This document shows positions 11,822-21,656 of a DNA stretch of 64,000 bases, in pieces (the stretch's first letter is position 1; every line of letters begins with the position of its first letter). Source of the DNA: Paraphysomonas bandaiensis (Eukaryota; Protista; Chrysophyceae); contig CBFFRP010000150.1 of assembly GCA_965644295.1 (NCBI GenBank), forward strand, positions 1-64,000, given 5' to 3'. The notes below the pieces were generated by a model. It worked only from the letters and a program-made list of their open reading frames with translations. It did no database searches and had not been told where the DNA came from. The position numbers and the translations under genes are program-made.

Positions 11822-14655
11822 ATGTCTGTTATTATACCACAAGTGAAAGAATATCAAACATTATTTTGGGTACCTATGTTATTCCAGACAGCATCATCAG
11901 CAGAATCTGTAGTTGATGAAATGCTTGATATGATCACAGCCTTTCATGATAACGATCAAACCCCATTAATGAGACCGAGTGTTGTAATGAAAGGTGCACA
12001 AACTACAAGACGTCAACAAATTTTAGGGGATATGCAAGATGCAGTAGCTGCAACAACTACTATTGATGTTGTTCCTAAATCTGAAAACACGAAATATGTT
12101 ATCCTTTCAGTTCTTAAAGTAATGATATTATATATGCTCCTGTATTATGTTGCTCATTTATATGTTATAGAGCCATTTCTTGTTCAGTCAATTACATGAC
12201 TACGAATTAGATGACGTTATTGATGCGATGCAAGAGTATTTTTGCTCTGAAGGTGATATAATTATACAAGAAGGCGATTCAGGCGATATGTTTTACGTTT
12301 TAGAAGAAGGTATGCTTACTGTAAACTTAGTGACTATGCCCCGGAGTTGACTTTACAACGTAGGGTCGTGTGAGATATACATTGGCGGTGAACTAATTGG
12401 AAGTATTCAAGAACACGCTTCTTTCGGCGACCTCGCGTTAATGTACAACTCCCCTCGCGCAGCGACCATTAAAGCCACAACTAATTGCTCGCTGTGGACT
12501 CTGGATCGGGTCTTTTTCCGCCAAGCTATGGTCACTTCGTCATCCAATCAAAATGTTCAGTTGTGTAAATTTCTTTCTCGTATATCGCTTTTTGAGAACC
12601 TCGGCTCACAGAGTTTGAATCAATTGGCACGATCTTTAATGAAGCAGTCTTACGAGGATGGACAGTATATTATTAGACAGGGAGAGATTGGTGAGCATTT
12701 CTTTGTGATCTGCAAGGGCACTGTTCGTTGCACAAGGACTGGGGACAATGGCGAAGAAAATGAACTTGTACAGCTGCATGAAGGGGACTTCTTTGGGGAG
12801 AGAGCATTGATCAAGAAGGAGCCTCGGGCAGCCAATGTAATTGCAAAAGGCGATGCAGAGTGTTACTACCTAGACCGGAATAACTTTAACCTAATGTTGG
12901 GTGGACTCATTGATCGCCTGAATCAGATCAATGAATTCCGTGTTTTGAGGGGTGCCTCTGTCTTAAATGGTCTTAGTGATAGACGACTAAAAGTTCTTCG
13001 CAAGTTGCTAAATAAGTACACCCTGATGCAAGGCCAAGTGCTACTGTGCGAAGGGTCGAATAGCGTTTATGTTATCCTTGAGGGGCAACTACAAAACGCA
13101 AAAGGAGATATATACAGCGTGGGTGATGTAACGGGCACAATAGATCCCGAAACAGACACTATAGAGAGCGAAGGAGATCTCACTACCGTCAGTGAGGAAG
13201 CTGTTGTGATGTCAATTCATAAGCAGACACTACTAGAACATCTTCAATCTCAGGCTCGAGATGCTGTAGATGGTGAGAAGGAAGACGACTCTGGACGGCG
13301 AAACTCCATGGATGTAAATAGTTTGAAGCGGGACTCAATTCTAATGCGAGGTGTGGCGTCTACTTCTGTGCTAAAGCCTCCCCAGAACAAGACGTTTATT
13401 AAGAGTACACTTGAAGACTTCAAAGTCTCCTGTCTTCTTGGCAAAGGCACATTCGGACACGTATACCTTGCTACCGAAAAGAATAGCAGTAAGCGAGTGG
13501 CTCTAAAGTGTTTAGATAAGGATGCACTAGTTAAGAGTGGTCAGCATCCATATGTGCGTAGAGAAGCCATCGCTTTACAGCACTTTTCGCATCCCTTTAT
13601 TGTGGAGTATTTTGGAGTACTTACAACTCCAGTTAAAGTCGTATTTCTGCTTGAATACATTCCTGGCCTAGAGCTGTGGACATATCTATACCAGTATAAG
13701 GGAATGCTGAAAGGCCCATATGGTGGAATCGATATGGTTTCTGTGTCAACATTTGCTGGCAGTATACTTCTGGCTCTCGAGCATATACACTCGCAAGGGT
13801 ACGCCTACAGGGACCTCAAGCCGGAAAACATTATAATAGGTAAATCATGTTTATTTTCCATTAGTTTACATGCACGCGTGGATATCTGTAATCTGTAGCA
13901 TACTATTGGCCCTCTTTTTCTGAGATTGTCGCTACTTTAGGTGTGGATGGCTTCATTAAAGTGGTTGACTTCGGTTTTGCCAAACCCGTTCCATTTATGA
14001 GTAAGAGTAATGAATTGCAGTACCGGACCTTCACGCTATGCGGGACTCCAGACTATATGGGTGCGTAAATATGTATTACCCCTGATTTCTATATTACATA
14101 GATAGAATTATATATATAGTTAGAATTTTGTCTTATGCTAATGATATGTGTGCAGCTCCAGAAGTAGTGTTGACACAAGGTCACGACAGTGCGGCCGATT
14201 TTTGGGCATATGGAGTGATAATATACGAACTCATGTGTGGACATACACCTTTCTCTGGGAAGAACCAGCAGAGAACGTTCGAAAAGATTGTTCATTCTCA
14301 GAAACATCTGAGGTTTCCACAGAAGTTTGACTCCCATGGGAAATCTCTAATTCGCCGTCTTTTGCACCCAAATGCTTCTCTGCGCATAGGCTGTCTGCAG
14401 AATGGTTTCAATGACGTTCGTGACCATGCCTTCTTTTTAACTCAAAATGTGAATTTCGATAAGCTGATGTCAAAGGAAGTTGATGTAGCATTCAGACCTA
14501 CTGCAGATGATGTGATGATCCAGAGCAGTAATAACAGCAACTACCCAGCATTTGATGTTACAGCTGAAATGATGATACCGCCTAGTGAGATGCACGAAAA
14601 CTTTTTCGACGGGCTAAGTAATACTCTGTACGCAGATGATGACGAGGATGAGTAG
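11822..14655 (+). CDS. Cyclic-nucleotide-dependent protein kinase, single chain (2 intact plus 1 degenerate cNMP-binding domains and an AGC kinase domain), ~5 exons
   Basis: FGDLALMYNSPRAAT, FGERALIKKEPRAAN, LGKGTFG, VALK, YRDLKPEN, VDFGFAK, TFTLCGTPDYM/APE, DFWAYGV. Confidence 0.9.
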
Positions 14656-14969
14656 CTTTTGTGTATGTGATGCGACTATATATATTTTTTTGAATTACTG
14701 CGTTGTAGCATTCTATATATGTAAGGATATGCTTTAAAATTGGAGCCCGTAATAATGTGCATGTCGAAACGGTCTCCCCTTAATGTTATCCTTTTTGTCA
14801 ATCCCTCCCTTGACATTACTGTGCAGACAGCCAGAGTTGGCTTTTCTACGTAACGTATCAGGCAATAACACTTTATATATACGCTCTATCTCCGTATTCA
14901 TAACTTTCATCACAATATTTAAGTTTCCACCTTTATAGCAGATAGAAATTCAATGTATGTAGTAATGTT

Positions 14970-15249
14970 CAGGGTTGTAGTAGTAACTACTTGACGCAGG
15001 TTGTTGTCAAATATAACTGCAATTATCACTTGCTGTCGCTCTCAATTTCCATTATTTCAATTTAATTTTATTATTTAATACTAAACCATAAACTCTATCT
15101 GCCAATACAGCTATCTCAACTGTCATTTCATTCCAGAGCAGACGGTTCATGCGTAGAAGCATACTCGATTTTTACTGTAAAAGTTGGATTTTTTCTATAA
15201 AAAATACCATTTTTTAATTAATTGACCAATTAATTGATACGCAGCCCTG
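14970..15249 (-). mobile_element. hAT MITE, a shorter relative of the 4-734 element
   Basis: CAGGG...CCCTG termini and a 7/8 TSD (GTAATGTT / GTCATGTT). The reverse complement aligns with 560-734 (TACGCATGAACCGTC..CTGGAATGAAA, ACAGCAAGT..ATAATTGCA, ACAACCTGC.TCAA). Confidence 0.85.
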
Positions 15250-15464
15250 GTCATGTTATGTCTAGTATATGTATAAGTCATAATCATACTGATTTAAGTT
15301 CAGAGATACTGGGCAACTAATGTAGTCTTACATTCAACATGGAGTAGCACCAAGAAATTAACTACGACTTTTGGCCAATTCCATATCACCAGCTATAGTT
15401 AATACAAGTAGGTACATTGTTATATAATTAATACTATAGGCTTTATTTGCTCCATACAAATATA

Positions 15465-17582
15465 CTACTTCAGAACATTACACAACTCTACCATCTCCGG
15501 AATACTTTCCCATCCTTTATTTAACTCCGCTATTTTCTCTGCTGCAGCTTTCGACTTAGGCATTTGTACATCACTATCCACTGTGTTGACACATGGCTTT
15601 ATCTTATCCAGTAGAGCCCCGACAAGAATACATGACTCTTTGTGCTCCAATCTCATACCTTCTAGATTACGAAGCACGGTACTCACAGTGTCATCATCAT
15701 ATACCCCTTCGGAGGAACGAATCATGTCCGACAAGTGTAACACCGTCTTCCGTACTTCGTCGTGATCGCTCGACATATTAGATATTCCGTGCGATGCTGC
15801 TAACACATCATACGGATGAAAGACTCCTTGAAAGCCACTAAGATTCTCATTCACAGCCGCTAAGAAGTGGATAACATCTTCGTTATCACTACTCATAGAG
15901 CGGAGCCCTAGAAGACTTTGTGAAGCCTGGAGTGCATTCATAGACCCTTGCGGTGACCTTAAGCGTGTCGTAAGAGCCTTCAAAAGTACTTGCACCTCAG
16001 TGTCTTCACTCGACATGCCCTGCAAACCATTCAGCACAAGATACACTTCTTGTGGATGTAGCTTGCCACGGAGAAAGGGCAGCATACCAGTGATAGTCCT
16101 TAGTGCTTCTCGAACTTCGCCATCGCAACTTTTCATTCTCCGAAGCCCATTGACGGCAGCAGCAAAGCAATGCGGGGTTACAATGTCTTTCGTTTGTGGT
16201 GCCCCTGTATTCGCTTCTTGGGAACTCAAAGGTTCAAGGGCGACTTGAAGTTTTCTAGTAATAGTTGCTAGTGCAGATCGCACAGCAGTTTCATCAGAGC
16301 CAAAGCGACGGAGGCCGTAAAGAGCACCACATACACTGGAAAGGGCATTTTCTGCATGATACATGTGTGGTGATTGATCATTCATCTGAGAAGCAAGATA
16401 ATTAAGTAGCTTCGACATAGACTCGTCGACACTGCTCATCCGACGAAGACCAGAGAAGGCAGAACATACACTTTCTAAGTTTAGTGGTTGTGTACAAGAC
16501 AACACACAATTGGTCACTGTTTTAAAAAGGCGTCGCACTTCCACATGTCTGTTAGAAAAATTTCTGAAACCTATTAAAGCATTGCCGACAGCCTGACTAT
16601 CAAACGGCTCTCGACATGTACGGAACTTATCATTTAGAACTTGGAGTAAACTGGTGACTTCACGATGGTCACTACTCAGAGACTGCAGTCCATATAATGC
16701 ACTCGAAATGTGTTGTACATTCCTAACAGGAAGGGGAACTGTTTTTAAACGTTCGGTCAGGGCTGCAATGATATCTCTTACTTCTTTGTGTGAGCTGTTC
16801 ATACCTTTCAATCCATAAAGCGCATTGGACATTTCCCGCGAACCAAACATACCAGAGGATTGAGAAATTTTAACCGTCAACGCAGACAGAAGACTTCTGA
16901 CTTCCCATGACTCACTGCTCATCCCACGAAGTCCATAGAGAGCGCCGGCGATATGTTCTGGAAGCAGAATATCACGCGAGGCAGATATACGAGACGCAAG
17001 AAGTCGAATGAGCGATCGTACTTCTTTATGCTTACAGCTGCAGTTTTGAAGTCCATATAATGAAGTACCAATACTCTGATTGTTAAATGCCTCCACACTC
17101 GCATCAATTTTAGACGTGACAACCTCTATATATCTGCGTACATCTCTTCTATTTGAATTGAGCATCCTGAGAGCATAAAGACTATTACATGAATCAATAA
17201 TATTAAATACATCCTTTTGTTTTTCAAGTGCTGTTGTAATAATATTTAATTGATTCGAATGAATCATAATTTTATTTTTAGCACATTTATAAAGGATTGT
17301 AATAAAATTAGCTGTATTCATATGATCCATATATTGATCTAAGAATTGATTAATTTTATATGAATTCATTTTCTTTTCATAAAATAATTGATTTAAATTT
17401 TTATTTAATGATGCTTTAAATAAAATATTTTTATTATGTTGTATATATGATGATTGATAATATATTTGTTGTGTATATAAGATCTTATAAGAGTGGAATG
17501 GTAGTAGTGAGGTAGATGATAGAGAAGAACGTGTAGAGGGATGTAGAATCCATTTATTAGAGAATGAAAGAAATCTTAACAT
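15465..17582 (-). CDS. Intronless alpha-helical repeat protein (~13 x 40-aa repeats, OPR-like), probably organelle-targeted and RNA-binding
   Basis: Repeat consensus ~ISNALYGLxGMSSDxxEVRxLLxxLxxKIxxxxxxFxxQx. The N-terminus MLRFLSFSNKWILHPSTRSSLSS has no acidic residues. Confidence 0.8.
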   Translation of the reverse strand: MLRFLSFSNKWILHPSTRSSLSSTSLLPFHSYKILYTQQIYYQSSYIQHNKNILFKASLNKNLNQLFYEKKMNSYKINQFLDQYMDHMNTANFITILYKCAKNKIMIHSNQLNIITTALEKQKDVFNIIDSCNSLYALRMLNSNRRDVRRYIEVVTSKIDASVEAFNNQSIGTSLYGLQNCSCKHKEVRSLIRLLASRISASRDILLPEHIAGALYGLRGMSSESWEVRSLLSALTVKISQSSGMFGSREMSNALYGLKGMNSSHKEVRDIIAALTERLKTVPLPVRNVQHISSALYGLQSLSSDHREVTSLLQVLNDKFRTCREPFDSQAVGNALIGFRNFSNRHVEVRRLFKTVTNCVLSCTQPLNLESVCSAFSGLRRMSSVDESMSKLLNYLASQMNDQSPHMYHAENALSSVCGALYGLRRFGSDETAVRSALATITRKLQVALEPLSSQEANTGAPQTKDIVTPHCFAAAVNGLRRMKSCDGEVREALRTITGMLPFLRGKLHPQEVYLVLNGLQGMSSEDTEVQVLLKALTTRLRSPQGSMNALQASQSLLGLRSMSSDNEDVIHFLAAVNENLSGFQGVFHPYDVLAASHGISNMSSDHDEVRKTVLHLSDMIRSSEGVYDDDTVSTVLRNLEGMRLEHKESCILVGALLDKIKPCVNTVDSDVQMPKSKAAAEKIAELNKGWESIPEMVELCNVLK

Positions 17583-17725
17583 ATGTGTATGATGTATATA
17601 TGGATTAGGAGTGTGGTATGGTTTGAGTGAAAGATGAATGTATAGAGAGTGGTAGATATGTCACATACCTACCTATATATTGATCTTACTATGCCATGCT
17701 TACTATGTGTGGCTGCCGTGAAGTA

Positions 17726-18397
17726 GTATGTATGTATGTATGTATGTATGTATGTATGTATGTATGTATGTATGTATGTATGTATGTATGTATGTATGTA
17801 TGTATGTATGTATGTATGTATGTATGTATGTATGTATGTATGTATGTATGTATGTATGTATGTATGTATGTATGTATGTATGTATGTATGTATGTATGTA
17901 TGTATGTATGTATGTATGTATGTATGTATGTATGTATGTAGGTAGGTAGGTAGGTAGGTAGGTATGTATGTATGTATGTATGTATGTATGTATGTATGCA
18001 TGTATGTATGTAGGTAGGTAGGTATGTATGTATGTATGTATGTATGTATGTATGTATGTATGTATGTATGTATGTATGTATGTATGTATGTATGTAGGTA
18101 GGTATGTAGGTATGTATGTATGTATGTGTGTATGTATGTATGTATGTATGTATGTATGTATGTATGTATGTATGTATGTATGTATGTATGTATGTATGTA
18201 TGTATGTATGTATGTATGTATGTATGTATGTATGTATGTATGTATGTATGTATGTATGTATGTATGTATGTATGTATGTATGTATGTATGTATGTATGTA
18301 TGTATGTATGTATGCATGTATGTATGTATGTATGTATGTATGTATGTATGTATGTATGTATGTATGTATGTATGTATGTAGGTAGGTAGGTAGGTAT
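17726..18397. repeat. Compound (TATG)n/(TAGG)n microsatellite, ~670 bp
   Basis: Directly visible; lies between the divergent repeat-protein and cyclin genes. Confidence 0.99.
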
Positions 18398-18582
18398 CAT
18401 GTACTGCTGTATATATATTCCTAGTATGGTATGGAGGTGGTGGGTCTCTAGCATGATCAGTAAGAACATGTATCATATACAGCTAGTCCAATCCATTATC
18501 ATCACCCCTAATCACAACACCACACTCACATCCCTCCCAATTCATATCTTCACCCTCCTATCTCTACACTACCTTCTACACA

Positions 18583-19744
18583 ATGTCCTCCCCCTCTCCT
18601 CTCTCATTAGACTCTACAATACTATTAATGCGTAATATATTCAGTTCATGTCAACATCTTCGTCTTCCTATTGTAAGTATCTATATATATACATACAATA
18701 CAATAGAAATAACATTAATCATATATATTATCAATCAGACTACTGCTATTACTGCTATGAGTCTAATGCACAGGTTCCTCCAACATACATCTATTGACTT
18801 AACACGTAAAACAATTGAAGTAACTAATATTGCTGCTGTTATATTATTAAGTTCAAAGGTTTATATACTGTATATTTATTATTATATATAATATCTTGTA
18901 TTTGTTTTATAGGTTGATGAAAATATTAGAACTCTTAGAGAAGTTATAGCAGTTACAAGAAGGTTTCTAAAATATGCCGTTCATGATGCTGTCGAAGAGG
19001 ATAAAGTAAGTCGTCGTATGTATTATGAGTACTGTGCTATTTGAGAAGACCCAACCCGCTAATTCAGGACTGTGTGCTTTTCTAATACCGTCTTATATTT
19101 CAGATAGTAGGGGAGTTCAAAGCTAATGTTGTAGCACAAGAGCAAGTCATTCTGAGAGGAGTCAGCTTCCAAACATATGTAGATGTTCCACACAAGTATC
19201 TGTTAAATATTGCTAGGTATGTCACAATTTTCCATCAACCTGTATTTTTGAGGCCCTCCATATATTTTCTCCGTGGGATGTCTGCTTTTGTCATTCGTAG
19301 ATCTTACCTATGAGTTAGAATGTCACTTATATTGTGCCGTCGTAATGTTTTGTTCACCTCAGGTCACTTGGCCTCTCTTGTGGTCCGGTATATACATCAT
19401 ACGGTCTGATGAACGACTGCTTTCTATACCCACAGTGTATTTCGCTCCGTCCTGCGACCCTCTCCACTGCTTGCTTGTATACTGCAATAGAATGCGACAT
19501 CCGCCAATACAGTATTCCTACGAGCCGAGAGTTTTACATAGAAGCTACTTTCCCTACTATACATAAACTGGGTAAGAAGTGGTGGCTTATGTTTGTTGAA
19601 GATGAAGACGCATTTCTGAAAGCTGTGGAGTTTATAGTAGTAGATGTTCAGTCATCGAATATAAAAAGGCATGCCCCTGATAGTAGTAGTGGAAATAGAC
19701 AAAGTACTTCCAGTGCTTGTAATAATGTGATTAATAATACTTAA
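18583..19744 (+). CDS. Transcription-type cyclin (cyclin L/K/Q-like), ~5 exons
   Basis: Cyclin box: QHLRLPI/TTAITAMSLMHRF..AAVILLSSK/VDENIRTLREVI..QEQVILRGVSFQTYVDVPHKYLL, then RPATLSTACLYTAI. Confidence 0.8.
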
Positions 19745-19818
19745 ACCATAATATTTTTGCAAAGAAAAATTATACGTGAGACATTGTTTATAGATTGGCA
19801 TATAACTCTTATTTTAAA

Positions 19819-20342
19819 AGGAAATATTATTCAACCTAGTCAAATTGGTTGAATTACCTAGACACGCTATTTTGGTGGAATAACCTAGTCAAAGTACTAA
19901 ATGACTCAGCCTAGTAAACTTTGGTATTCAACCTAGTCGCTCTGATATCCATTGATTACACATTGTGACTGTCTAAGATACCATCTCACACCACACAATA
20001 TATCAGTGTCTTCCAGAGCACTCAAACATAACACTTAACACGTGTATGTCTATCGAGCCTATCTATAGATTACAAGTATATAGCAATGGGTCCCTGTGAG
20101 TGCTATGGGAAGGAGGGTCCATGAAGCTGTGGGTATAACTCACTCTATGATCTACAGGACATCTCGAGATCTTCATATTCTGTGAGTGATGGCTCATCTT
20201 CCTTCACTTCTCTACCAGATGACTTCAATGACTGCATTGGCTTTCAGGAGTGCATAAATCTCCATGTGTTTAGTCCAACGAAGAAAAAAAAGGCAGTTTT
20301 CAGGGAATTACGCCAATTTGACTAGGTCCAATAATAGTTCCC
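19819..20342. mobile_element. Non-autonomous TIR element (MITE-like)
   Basis: Imperfect ~30-bp TIR: AGGAAATATTATTCAACCTAGTCAAATTGG versus the reverse complement GGGAACTATTATTGGACCTAGTCAAATTGG. Five CCTAG-core subterminal repeats lie at the left end. Confidence 0.65.
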
Positions 20343-20517
20343 TTAAAGAACAGAGAATAGAGAGCACAGCAACAACAAAGAATAAGAAAAGTCTGCTACG
20401 TACTGGGATACTCACTCGAAAATGCACTTCACACATAGCAGAATCTATCACTTCAACCCAAAACTGAGATACTCATAACCCTTATTATTTCGTTTACATA
20501 AGGTGACAACATACACT

Positions 20518-20947
20518 AGGGCCTGGTAACCAATAAATTTCCGGGAACTGGTAACCCATTAGTAGTGAATGTCTGATTATTAATAACAATAGGCGTGTAA
20601 GATTCAGAACTAATGTTGTAGCAAATCAATTTAACAAACTAGTGCTTAACTCTGATATCCTACTATTTAGCGCAACGAAAGCTGTAAGCACCAAGGTGCA
20701 ATCACTTCCGCTCTCTGTCCTTAAGGTGAACAGCCCGGATGCTTGAGTATACAAGGTAGTAGGCAGCCAAATACCCCGGATGCTCTTGTTAAGCACACAA
20801 GCGCTTGGCTATGAGTGAGCAGAACAATATCAGCTGACTATATATGCGGCTCACGTTATTTTCCCGGAGAGATCTTTAGTGCTTTTCCCACAAAAGGTGA
20901 GAGTCCGACTTTGTTGAGGGGTAACCCATTACTGGCTACCAGGCCCT
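20518..20947. mobile_element. Degenerate TIR element carrying a dispersed repeat also found at 49.5-50.3 kb
   Basis: AGGGCCTGGTA...TACCAGGCCCT termini; the interior is homologous to 49553-50298. No clear TSD. Confidence 0.55.
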
Positions 20948-21363
20948 CTGCCACATGTCAGACATAACATTATCTATTATGAGCAATATTATCTACTTAG
21001 TTATTGACGCTTCTATTAAAATTACACAATAATTATAATTGTGAGGAACTATTGCTAAATAATAAGACTTTGAATATATATAGAACTGGGCACCCACCAT
21101 TAATGGGCCATTGGTGGTGACCAGTGACCAGATACTGCTGCACACTGTAACTCAACTTAGACACAACTCAATTGGATACTTGATACTACGCGCCTGTCCA
21201 ATCGTCCTTTCCCAATACCCAATATACACTGCATTTATATCATTTGAGTTAAATTTTCTCTGCACAACTCCAAGTTAGTTCCACCTTAGTAGTACACACT
21301 ATTTAACACTGTAGACTCTTCAATTGCACAATATATATCAAGCAGTTGAACTCAACAACTTCT

Positions 21364-21656
21364 TGTTGAGATCTGAAGATTCTATATACTTGCAATTGAG
21401 TGCAGTATTATGTGAGATGCAAGGATCGAAAGATATATATGTAATTAGTACATTATATTATGTAGTATGAAACTGAAGTAGAAGTGGATGACTATACAGG
21501 ATACGATCACTGAGTGTGTGGTTTGTACACTATAGTAGTAAATGAATGGTGTTGAACACATCGAACACAACTTAGGTTCTTTATCATGTAATGTTTATAA
21601 TTTCATCTTATCAGTTGAGAATAGTAAACCTTAGCAAATAATGTCAACTTCTGTTA
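21364..21656 (+). repeat. 5' LTR
   Basis: Identical to 26365-26657; begins TGTTGA and ends CTGTTA. Confidence 0.95.
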
